NCBI GenBank assembly: GCA_964016885.1
Contig: OZ024757.1
Location: 28,892,001-28,956,000 of the forward strand
Direction: 5' to 3'
From: Eledone cirrhosa
Taxonomy: Eukaryota
DNA length: 64,000 bases
Positions 51,662 through 64,000 of this stretch are shown here, in pieces. Every line of letters starts with the position of its first letter. Positions within the stretch are counted from its first letter, which is position 1. A program made the translations under genes and the position numbers. The notes under the pieces are model-generated. The model saw only the letters and a program-made list of their open reading frames with translations. It was not told the DNA's origin and did no database searches.

Positions 51662-52315
51662 TTCTTTTTCTTCTTCTTCGCCCACTTATTCCTGAGTGGG
51701 TCGTGGGGGCAGAGTCCTCAAACACTCCTTCCAGCGGGTCCTGTCAGAAGCAACCGTCTCCAACTGATCCGGCTGGATCCCCAAGTGTGATCAGCCAAGC
51801 TCATGGATGTTATCCAACCATCTTCCTCGGGGTCTATCCCTTGGTCTCTTGCCGGTTAGTTTTGCCTGTAAAATCTGTCCAGCGATTCTTTCCTGAGACA
51901 TTCTAACCACATGTCCTTAGTATTGGAGCTGTCATCTCTCAATTCAGAGAAATAGCGGTTCTACCTGGAGTGACTCTCTGATCCCCAAGCTACAAATCTG
52001 TCCAGTGATTCTTTCCTGAGACATTCTAACCACATGCTCATAGTATCGGAGCTGTCATCTCTCAATTCAGAGAAATAGCGGCTCTACCTGGAGTGACTCT
52101 CTTATCTCCAAGCTACAAATCTGTCCAGTGATTCTTTCCTGAGACATTCTAACCACATGCTTATAGTATCGGAGCTGTGATCTCTAATTCAGAGAAATAG
52201 CGGCTCTACCTGGAGTGACTCTCTGATCCCCAAGCTACAAATCTGTCCAGTGATTCTTTCCTGAGACATTCTAATCACATGCCTATAGTATCGGGCCCGT
52301 GTTCTCTCAATTCGT
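51662..52315 (-). mobile_element. RTE (Expander/Rex3-like) LINE 3' fragment with an internal ~123-bp segment repeated ~3.5 times; second fragment at 32420-32648
   Basis: VEPLFL.IER.QLRYY.HV.RMSQER...GKRPR.RPR.RWLD; GAA-repeat tail. Confidence 0.8.
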
Positions 52316-52911
52316 AGTATATTCTTGATGAAAGAGGTGACATTGATAATGATGGTGGTGGTGATCAGGTTGATTATAATGGTGAGGATGATGATGATGT
52401 AAGCGATGATGATAATGGTGACGATGAACTTGATGGCAATGATTGTGATGATCAAGATGATGATGATCATGATCATGATGACAATGATGATGAGTGTTCA
52501 ATATAATGATGGAAATGATGATGATGATGGTAGTGATCAAAATAATGGCGATGATGATGATGGTATTAATCAAAGTGATGATGATGATGGTGATGGTAAT
52601 CAAAGTAATGATGATGATGATGATATGATCAGGATTATGTCAGCAAGCGGACATGTTGATTAGATTTTTACTAATTATAATTATTATACGTCCTTTAATA
52701 CGATTACATTAGTAGGTAATCAGTATTTATTGATTGGAAGAATCGATTGAGAGCCTACACTAGTCGTGTTAGTGCTGTGTACGGTAGTGGGGTGACTAGA
52801 GTAGCCATGTGCGAGAACCCTTCAACTGTCATCAAGCAACCGCACAGACTTTTTCCCTTTCAGATACACAGAACTTCTAGCTAAGGAAGTAACAACTTTC
52901 AAGGTATAAAT

Positions 52912-53035
52912 CTCAGGACTGCCACCCTCAACGTTGGCACCCTGAAAGGCACATCAGGTGAAATTGTGGTGCTGTTAGAGAGGAGTAGATGTTTGCTGTG
53001 TACAAGAGGTGAAATGGAGGGGTGCCTCAGTAAGA
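52912..53035 (+). pseudogene. RTE APE-endonuclease N-terminal fragment
   Basis: LRTATLNVGTLKG...EIV..LER / VDVCCVQEVKWRG. Confidence 0.8.
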
Positions 53036-53625
53036 CTACCGGTAATGCACTGGGGGTCGATTTAATCGACTTTTCCTTCTCCCCAAATTGCTGACCTTGT
53101 ACCTAAATCAGAAACCATGGCATTATGGGTAGAGGGTCGGACATGCTTTCCAAAATAGTTACGTCCCTTTACGATCTGAGTTCAAATCCCGCCAAGGTTA
53201 ACTTTGCCTTTCATCCTTACAGGGTCGATAAAATACAGTACCAGTAATGTACTGGGTAATTGCTGGCCTTGTGCCAATAGTAGAAACAATTATTATTACT
53301 ACTAACCTTTTCTGGTTTGCTTTGAATTTTGTCTGGTGTTAATCCATCAACTTAACTATTACCTGCCTGTGTTTTCTTTTCAATTAACAAACTATTATGT
53401 TTCTAATTATCAAAACTGTTTTGTGTTGCTAATTAACTCATTGTTGTAGTTTTAATTAACTAATTGTCTTATTCTAATTAACAAATTGTATTTTTAATTA
53501 ATTAATTGATTAATTGTATGTATTCTTTAGTTTAAATCTATAAATGTGTTCTCTTTGTTTCTTACCATGAATTGCACCCTCCACTAAAGTGTTGTTGATT
53601 ATATATATATAGAGTGTGTGTATGC

Positions 53626-53658
<33 letters not shown>

Positions 53659-53662
<4 letters not shown>

Positions 53663-54112
53663 AGGATTGCAGCGTCTTCACAGACGATTGTTGTCTCTTA
53701 TTGATTCTTCGTTATCATTCCATCTGCATCCATGACTTCGTAGATGACTTTGTAAGCCAGCTGTAGAGCTGGATGGTTTACGACACAGGTGACAGAAGAG
53801 AGTTGTGCTTTCCACAAGACCGGTGGTGTCACCCTGTGAGACACAATCTTTATGTAAACACCATGTGTTCTTTTAGTCTGGAACTAGTTCTACACACTTT
53901 GTTGCATATCACGCATGTTGTTTCGCCAGGTCTTTGTTGAGTGGTGTTGTGGGGGGTTATCCTTTCATGTGACCTCAGGTGATTAATATAGAGAGGAGTA
54001 CACGCTGACAGAAATTACATGTCCAACTACTGATGACTTCATCAAGACTGTGAACACAACCCTTCCGGAGCTGTCACTTCAGTTGTTTATGTTCTAGACA
54101 ACACTCCTCAAA
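53659..54112. mobile_element. Possible solo LTR in (TA)n
   Basis: ~450 bp of unique, higher-GC sequence with ends TGTGAGGA...TCCTCA, both flanks (TA)n. Confidence 0.35.
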
Positions 54113-54782
54113 AGTTATATACATATATATGTATATATATATATGATCATCATCACCGTTTTATGTCCATTTTTCCACGCTAGCATGGGTTCGACGAGTT
54201 GTCCTGTTGTGGGCAATGCTAGGTCAGGTGACCACATCTTGCTCATACAGAAGTGATTTTGGCTAGGGCTCTACAGCTGGATGCCCTTCCTCACGCCAAC
54301 TTCATTTACAGTGTAGGCGACATGGCAAAAAGCACCCAGCACACATTGTAAATGTGGTTGACGTTAAGGAGGGCATCCAGCCATAGAGACCTAGCCAGAA
54401 ACAGTTATATATGAGAAAGATACATGGAGAGAGAAAGGCATTTGAGAAATATGTAAGAAAATATACATACTAAGTATGTATATTGTTTGCTCTATATATG
54501 TATATATGTCTACAAAATGCTGTTTCTCAAATGATATATGCCTTTCTCTCAACATATATCTATTAAACTTGTATCATTGATGCTCTGAACTAAGATCCAA
54601 TGAGCTTTTTTATTGAGAAACATAATTTGTCCTCATACATTTAATATGTATCGATACCTTAACATATAATATATATATATACACACACACAGAGGGTGTC
54701 CCAAAAATGTATACTCAAAGGCTGTGCATTCTATTAAATATTGCCTGTACACGTAATCAAAATGTGTATATATTATGGGGAC

Positions 54783-54861
<79 letters not shown>

Positions 54862-55012
54862 ACACACACAAACACAAGTAGCGTATTATGATTGATTTTT
54901 AAGAACCACAAATCGACTTCATTTCTCTATTATATAGTCTTCTAGTCTGTTCTACATTTTGCTTTTTATTTCAATGTTATTATCATCCTCATTATTATTT
55001 TTATTTTCACAG

Positions 55013-55246
55013 CTGCTTAAAGAAAAACATTTAATGGTGAGAGTGGGCGGTGGTTGGGACACACTGGAGCATTACCTAAGTCACCACAGTCCAACGAAAA
55101 TCATCGAGTTTAAACGAACTGAACAGCCTAAATCCTCAACAACCAGTCCGCGCCATGACCCCGACACGGGTGAGACGGCGTTGACATCAGCCATTTCACC
55201 AGACGACAAATATTTATTGATATTAGGCAAATACAAAAAGACATAA
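55013..55246 (+). CDS. GAS2: GAS2-family protein, last coding exon (GAR domain, C-half, and short tail)
   Basis: ttcacag acceptor; [22 protein letters not shown] is the GAR hallmark; TAA at 55244-55246; AATAAA candidates near 55439 and 55798. Confidence 0.95.
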   Translation: MLKEKHLMVRVGGGWDTLEHYLSHHSPTKIIEFKRTEQPKSSTTSPRHDPDTGETALTSAISPDDKYLLILGKYKKT

Positions 55247-56202
55247 ACACTAAATTATTTATCAAATAACCTCCTTGTCCCCCCCCCTTTTTATCTCCCC
55301 CTCTCTCTCTCTTTCTCTCTCTATCTAGCTCTCTCTCTATCTATCTATCTATCTCTGTCTCTCCGTTTCTCTCATTCGTCAAATATTTCTTCGTTTTATT
55401 TTGCACTATTTTAAGAAGAAGAAAAAATTATGAAATTTAATAAAAACGACGAACTTTTTATATACAAAAAAAAAAAAATTAAAATTATTAAAATATCAAC
55501 TCAACTACGGTGACACGTAAAAAATGTCAAAGGGCAAATGATAACAAAAGTGTACGTGTGTATCAATATATGTTAGTGTGTGTTAGAGACAGAGAGAGAG
55601 AGAAAGGCATACTGATTGACAGTGAGTGAGAAAGACAAGCACACTGATTGACAGTGAGTGAGAAAGACAGGCACACTGATTGACAGAGAAAGAGAGATGG
55701 AGAGAGACAGGTACACTTATTGATAGAGAGTGAGAGAGAGAAGGACAGACAGACACACTGATTGACTGAGAGAGACAGGCACAGATTGTGATTAATCAAT
55801 AAAAATCAATAAAAAAAAAAAAGTGCAACCACCCGATCCGACAAAAATAAAGAAAACAACCCCTAACCCCATCAACCCCAACAATCCAAATACAACCAAG
55901 GCCCTTCTTCCCTCAAAACACACAAATACTCACATATGTAATATAGTGAGTTGAAAAACTTTCGATAAACTGAGATAAACTGAGATAATCTGTGGCTATT
56001 AGACAAAAAAATTCTGACCAGCCAAGCAGTGTTAAATGTCAGAAGTTAAACCCCCCAAAAAATGAGTGGATCAAAATATTTTGATCAAGAAACACTATGT
56101 AGAATGGAGCTGGTCTTTATAGCCAACTAACTTGGTGAAAGAAACACACGTTGTGAGCAAATATGACCTTAAATACAGACATATACATACATGTACATAT
56201 AC

Positions 56203-56239
<37 letters not shown>

Positions 56240-56520
56240 TGTCCCCGGTATTCGCGGGGGTTATGTTCTTTGAGCACCCATGAAGAGTGAAAAACCGCAA
56301 ATGTGGGACGTGGTCCATAAAAATGCCTATAAACGTCAAAATACAGGTCGTCAAATACGGTATATTGTTACTGTATTAATAATTTAGCGTTGAAAAGTGT
56401 GAAAAAATATTTATTGCCACGAAAAAAGCCATTAAAAAATTGAGGAAGAAATTTACGATTCCGCGAATATGCGGTGGATTCCACGAACAATAATTAGTTA
56501 AGTTCTAAGGATACACTATA
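56240..56520. mobile_element. Tigger-like MITE remnant
   Basis: GTCCCCGGTATTCGCGGGGG...CCGCGAATA subterminal motifs. Confidence 0.5.
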
Positions 56521-56532
56521 TATATCTACCTA

Positions 56533-56565
<33 letters not shown>

Positions 56566-56775
56566 GTGTGTATACATGTAAATGTACATTTACGTATATA
56601 TATAAATATATAAAGTACATATATACATACATGTATATGAACTTTGTCTAATCCATGTAAGCATGGAAAATAGACGCTAAATGGTATGGTGATGAAACAT
56701 TATATATATACAAAGTACCAGTAATGCACTGCGTGATTGTTGGCTTTGTGCCTAACGTAGAAACAATTATATATA

Positions 56776-56966
56776 CAGGGTGTCCCAAAAAATGTGTACA
56801 CACTTTTATTAGAATACTGTTGAAGTGGGCATACATTTTGGAGGGACACAAAGTATATAATGTATACACACTTCTAAAAATGTATACACACTTCAACAGC
56901 ATTGTACAAAATATTGCATGTACAGGTAATCAAAGTGAGTATACATTGGGCGGGGGGGACACCCTG
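56776..56966. mobile_element. Tc1/mariner-type MITE (composite); ~100-bp relatives at 18181-18283, 40272-40372, 54692-54789
   Basis: TA-CAGGGTGTCCC...GGGACACCCTG-TA. Confidence 0.8.
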
Positions 56967-57214
56967 TATATATACAGACACACACACATATATATATAGG
57001 GTTTGCCCACCCCAAATGTATATATATATATATATAATTAAAATGTCATACATTTAACATGTATGTGCGATCTAAGGCTTCGGGATCAAGCTATGACCAC
57101 CACCGTATAGTGGTGGAGCTGTTTTAATTAAGACTGGCCTTTCATCGCGCGCCAGGACAGTGGTGGACATAACATAACTAGAACCCAAAACCTAATGTCC
57201 CGTATACATGTTGA

Positions 57215-57246
<32 letters not shown>

Positions 57247-57248
<2 letters not shown>

Positions 57249-57420
57249 TTCACGTATTTTTGACTAAAGGAATTTTAGCCTGATAATGAGGTTTAGAACC
57301 CTCAGATAAATGAGGGTTCTAAACCCCATTATCAGGCTAAAATTCCTTTAGTCAAAAATACGGTGAAAGCTATTCTATTTTCTAATTTCAAACCTGCTCA
57401 CCGTTTCAAAACATACTTTA
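57247..57420. mobile_element. Near-perfect 58-bp foldback with one-sided extension in (TA)n (Penelope-like remnant)
   Basis: Arms 57247-57304 and 57311-57369 with a 6-nt loop; single-arm copy near 59900-59970. Confidence 0.55.
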
Positions 57421-57772
57421 TATATATATATATGTATGTATGAATTTATGTCTATATACGTATATATTTATACATACACACATATATATATGTATGTATA
57501 TATATGTGTGTGTATGTATGTATGTATATATATCATCATCATCATCTAGATATATATATATAAGTAGAAGGGGTATTTAATTTGTTGGAAATCCGACAAA
57601 TATAAATGTTTATCAGAGATTTAGAACACTCAACAAATTCCTGGAGTAAATATTTAATGATATTAAATAAATGGAAACTATGTACGCTTTCTTCACAAAA
57701 AATACAAAGTTTGTTTTATATGTTTTAAAGTTTCTTTTCCTGAGTATGTCTCTATTTATAAAACAAACTTTG

Positions 57773-57835
57773 TATTTTATCTGAAGAAAGTGTACCAAAG
57801 TGTTTTGGTACCCTAGAAATATATATAACAACATA
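57773..57835 (+). ncRNA. Decayed hammerhead (long helix II class)
   Basis: uauuuuau CUGAAGA aagugtaccaaa..uuugguacccua GAAA uauaua UA acaacaua; first helix II pair is A.A. Confidence 0.6.
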
Positions 57836-59337
57836 AGTATGGTTTTATAAATATAGTTTCCATTTATTTAATATCATTGTATATATATAGATAGATATAT
57901 ATTAGTATGTGAGTGGCAGTGAATGTCTCCGTGTAAGTACTGTGATTGTATAATATAATCATTAGGTTTTTCAAATATAAATGAATAAATACTTGTTTCT
58001 ACTTTAGGCACAAGGCCAGCAATTACCCAGTGCATTACTGGTACTTTATTTTATCGACCCCGTAAGGATATAATATAAATGAATAAATACTGACTTACAA
58101 ATATGGCAAACAATGCAGTCGACATATAGTGAAGTAGTTGTTATATTACAAATGTCTCTGTTTGGCAAATATTAAGAGTAGAATGGAGAAAGTACTCAAT
58201 ATGTGTATTAACGTTTTAAGCTGAGGGCTCGAAAGGTTATATGATGTGTTATGGCTAATATATCACTGATAGCTATACCTTCACATAGGTGTAATATATA
58301 CACACCTGTAATACACTCACACATTATATATATATATATATATACACACATATATAAAATATGTGTGTATATATATATATATATATAAAATATAGGGTAT
58401 ATGATATACATATATATGATATATGTATGTATAATATATATATATGATATATATGATATATATGTATATGATATATATGTATATGATATATATATATATG
58501 ATATATATATATATATATGATATATATATATATGATATGTATATGATATATATGATATATATGTATATGATATATATGATATATATGATATATATATGTA
58601 TATTATATATGTATATTATATATATATATGTATATGATATATGATATATATATATGTATATGATATATATATATATGATATAGATATATTTATATGATAT
58701 AGATATATATGTATGTATATGATATGTATATGATATAGATATATTTATATGATATATATATATGATATATATGTATGTATATGATATATTTATATGATAT
58801 ATATATACATATATATATATCATGAATATATATCATATATATATACATATATCATGTATATGTATATATATCATATATATATATACATATATCATGTATA
58901 TATCATATATATATACATATATATATATATCATGAATATATATGATATATACATGATATATGTATATATATATGATATATATGATATATACATGATATAT
59001 GTATATATATATGATATATATACATATACATGATATATGTATATATATATATATATGATATATATATACATGATATATGTATATATATATATATGATATA
59101 TATATATATGATATATATACATGATATATGTATATATATATATATGATATATGTATATATATGATATATATATATATATGATATATGTATATATATGATA
59201 TATATATATATGATATATATACATGATATATGTATATATATATATGATATATATATGATATATATACATGATATATATATATATATACATGATATATATA
59301 TATATATATACATGATATATATATATATATATATACA

Positions 59338-59404
<67 letters not shown>

Positions 59405-60031
59405 TCTTCTACCCTGCTGTTTGGTTAAGATTTTACCATTTCAATAGCAGATGAAGATCTGAATCAAATTTGATTCAACTCTCTTCTTCATCTATCAAAA
59501 TGGCAAAAGCTTAATTGTAGGGCCGAAAATCCCTATAATATTTACACTTTACTTTTTTGTAAGTATAGTGTTGAATAATGGTTTTAACACTCTTAACAAG
59601 TAACATTTCTCCTATAGATATATTATATATAGATATAGATATATATATATAAACAAATTGTTTGTCGCTCTACATGGCTGTATACAATAAAAGTAATCAG
59701 AGTTATTCGAATATTAATAATAATATTCGATTCCTTTGCAATTATGCAAACTGCCTCTTTAAGCCATGTGAGTAGAATGACCCGTCATTCTTGCTCTTAT
59801 GTTAAATAGATAAATAGATTCAGAAGATCTAGCTTTATGGTGAAAGCAGAAAATGTTTGCTTAAACTTTTAATCTGTGCTAATATATATATATATATGTA
59901 AAATAGAAGCTTTCACCGTATTTTTGAATAAAGAAATTTTAGCCTGATAGTGGAGTTTAGAACCCTCTAAGAAATGGAAAAAGATGAGTCTTGACTTGCT
60001 CATTGTTCCAAACATATATATATATATATAT

Positions 60032-60258
60032 GGTTATACTTTGGCACAAAACAAAGAAAAGAATCCCAGTCACTGAAAAGGTCACATAATATGTGACGAA
60101 AGAACTTTCACAATATATGAACAACCGTCCGGTTATAGAACCAACCAACCGGAAATTTGTAAATTCTTAAATTTATAAATTTAATTTATAATAAATTGGA
60201 GTGAAGCAACTGGAGCGTGGGTTTGTTATTGGCAACATGACCCTCCCAAAGCATAACA

Positions 60259-60262
<4 letters not shown>
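60032..60262 (+). mobile_element. Older copy of the 42086 Penelope-like family; hammerhead at 60068-60112 with G8 changed to A
   Basis: Colinear similarity to 42593-42834; CUGAAAA g gucacau..augugac GAAA. Confidence 0.7.
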
Positions 60263-60307
<45 letters not shown>

Positions 60308-60423
60308 AATATATATGTATATATATATATGTATATGTATATAAATATATATGTATATATATATATAAATATATATATATATAAATATATATGTATATAT
60401 ATGTATATATATGTATATATATG

Positions 60424-60460
<37 letters not shown>

Positions 60461-61081
60461 GTATATATATAAATATATATGTATATAAATACATATGTAT
60501 GTATATAAATATATATGTATGTATATATATATATATATATAAATATATATGTATATATATGTATATGTATATATATATATGTATATATATATGTATGTAT
60601 GTATATATATATGTATATATATATGTATATATATATGTATGTATATATATATATAAATATATATGTATATATATATATATAAATATATATGTATATATAT
60701 ATATATAAATATATATGTATATATATATATAAATATATATGTTTATGTATATATGTATATATAAATATATATGTTTATATATATATAAATATATATGTTT
60801 ATATATATGTATATAAATATATATGTTTATATATATATAAATATATATGTTTATATATATGTATATAAATATATATATACATATATATATAAATATATAT
60901 GTATATATATAAATATGCATACATATATATATAAATATATATGTATATATATAAATATATATACATATATATATAAATATATATGTATATATATAAATAT
61001 GTATATATATATATAAATATGTATATATATATATAAATATGTATATATATATATAAATATGTATATATATATATAAATATG

Positions 61082-61150
<69 letters not shown>

Positions 61151-61215
61151 ATATATATATATATATGTATGTATATATATATATATGTATGTATATATAT
61201 GTATATATATATATG

Positions 61216-61254
<39 letters not shown>

Positions 61255-61329
61255 ATGTATATATTTATATTTATATATATATATATCAAAATGAAAATCC
61301 GAAGGCAAGGTAAAATTCCAATCATTTAA

Positions 61330-61403
61330 TCACAACACATGTTTCAATAAGTGATAGATCGATTGTGAAGCCATGATTGATTATCACTGATCTCATCAGG
61401 TGA
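61330..61403 (-). ncRNA. Type I hammerhead motif (long helix II class)
   Basis: Minus strand: ucac CUGAUGA gaucagugaua..uaucacuuauu GAAA caugug UU guga; lies in an element with inverted arms 61284-61346 and 61407-61467. Confidence 0.75.
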
Positions 61404-61621
61404 AAATGAAACGTGTCGTGATTAAATGATTGGAATTTTACCTTGCCTTCGGATTTTCATTTTGATACCTATACTCCGTTTGACATCATCTAGCTGTTCC
61501 CTCAAATGGAATTGGAGATATACAAAAGCGTGGAGAACTTAATATTGCTAACATAAAGTTATTGGACCATTTTACACAACTAATAATGCACCTTACTATA
61601 TAACAACTATATATATATATA

Positions 61622-61656
<35 letters not shown>

Positions 61657-62019
61657 TGCGTCCGTATATATGTATGTATATGTATATATATGTGTATACA
61701 TATTTGTGTGTGTATATATATATGTATGTATATGTATATATATATATTTGTGTGTGTATATATATATGTATATATATTTGTGTATATATGTATGTATATT
61801 TATATATTTGTGTATATATATATATATATAAATGTATACATGTATATTTATATATTTGTGTGTATATATATATATATATAAATGTATATATGTATATTTA
61901 TATATTTGTGTATATATATATATATAAATGTATATATGTATATTTATATATTTTCGTATATATATATATATACATTTATATATATATATATACATTTATA
62001 TATATATATATATATATAC

Positions 62020-62054
<35 letters not shown>

Positions 62055-62206
62055 AATATATAAATATACATACATATATATATACATGTAAATATACATA
62101 GATATATATATACATGTATATATATATATATATATACACAAATATATAAATATACATACATATATATATACATGTATATATATATACATGTATGTATATA
62201 TACATG

Positions 62207-62257
<51 letters not shown>

Positions 62258-62900
62258 ATATATACATTTATATATATATACATGTATATATATATATACA
62301 TGTATATATATATACATGTATATATATATACATGTATATATATATCTACATGTATATATATATATATATATACATGTATATATATACATTTATATATATA
62401 TATACATTTATATATATATATACATGTATATATATATATACATGTATATATATATATATATATACATGTATATATATACATGTATATATATATATATACA
62501 CATGTATATATATACATGTATATATATATATACACATGTATATATAGATACATGTATATATAGATACATGCATGTATATAGAGATACATGTATATATATA
62601 TATACATGTATATATAGATAAATACATGTATATATATATACACGTATATATATATATACACGTATATATATATATATTTACATGTATATACATATACACA
62701 TATATATATATACACACGTATATATATATATACGCGTGTATATATATATACACGTGTATATATATACACATGTATGTTTATATATACACATGTATATATA
62801 TACATGTATCGGTCACCCGACCAACCTTGCCTCAAGTGGGACAACTCCCGTCTAACCCATGCTAGCGTGGAAAGTGGACGTTAAACGATGATGATGATGG

Positions 62901-62995
<95 letters not shown>

Positions 62996-63649
62996 ATATA
63001 TAGATATACATGTATATAGATATACATGTATGTATATAGATATACATGTATATAGATATACATGTATATATATAGATATACATGTATATGTATAGATATA
63101 CATGTATATAGATATACCTGTATATATATAGATATACATGTATATGTATAGATATGTATATATATAGATATACATGTATATAGATATGTTTATATATAAA
63201 TATACATGTATATAGATATGTTTATATATAGATATACATGTATATAGATATACTTGTATATATATATAGATATACTTGTATATAGATATACTTGTATATA
63301 GATATACTTGTATATAGATATACATGTATATATGTACATACATGTATATACATCTATATATATATATATATATATACATGTATATATGTATATATATATA
63401 TATATATACATGTATATATATATACATGTATATATATATATGTACATGTATATATATATATATACATATATATATGTGTGTGTTTGTGTGTGTATATATA
63501 TATATATGTGTGTGTTTGTGTGTGTATATATATGTATGTGTATGTCTATATATATATATGAATATATATGTGTCTGTATATATACGTGTGTCTCTGTATA
63601 TATATGTGTGTCTTTGTAAATATATGTGTATACACACACACACACACAC

Positions 63650-63689
<40 letters not shown>

Positions 63690-64000
63690 CGTGTGTATTT
63701 GCAACTAGATGCTAAGCTTCCTTTCAAAATTTCAATCAAATGTTTGATGTTGGCAACTATCTTGTACACACACTATCACCAAGCTGTTCCCTTCTTCACG
63801 TTAATCAATATTTAGGTATATATTTTCTTCCAATACTGACACACTGTTTTTGTCTTCGATTTCTCTATAATTTATTTATTGTTTTTGTTTTTTTTTAAAG
63901 CAGCAATGTTGACCCCCAAACAGCTCTTAATTTGATTTGCATATGTAAATATATTTTATACATATACATATATATATATATAAATATATATATATATACA

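Larger units (their letters stand above)
58320..63690. repeat. Very long degenerate (TA)n and (TATG)n microsatellite fields with small inserted elements (also 49730-50885, and (TG)n at 4910-6005)
   Basis: Direct inspection. Confidence 0.95.

Noticed and set aside
49728-63815. Many YI/IY-rich ORFs
   Set aside because: Translations of (TA)n microsatellite

Overview
Repeat-rich, AT-rich animal genomic DNA. The SINE, RTE and (TA)n landscape looks like an octopod cephalopod; this is an inference from recalled repeat families. There is one real protein-coding gene, a six-coding-exon GAS2-family actin-microtubule cross-linker on the + strand (34221-55246, 1830 nt, 609 aa). All of its introns are GT-AG with consistent phases, and it encodes a CH domain, a ~280-aa acidic linker and a GAR domain that lacks the usual Zn-binding cysteines. 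The rest is microsatellite, minisatellite and TE debris: tRNA-headed SINEs, RTE and CRE non-LTR fragments, a mariner fragment, and piggyBac, hAT, Tc1 and Tigger-type MITEs. The most notable signal is not visible in the ORF track: about 16 type-I hammerhead ribozyme folds, read by eye, inside short non-coding Penelope-like inverted-repeat elements that mostly sit in (TA)n tracts. They fall into several structural classes: one with a long helix II carrying a fixed pyrimidine-pyrimidine mismatch plus a (near-)palindromic hexamer in helix III, one U3:A8 core variant, and one recurrent CAGAAGA core variant. Nearly all long ORFs in the track are simple-repeat artefacts. All folds and family assignments are manual; no search or folding program was run.
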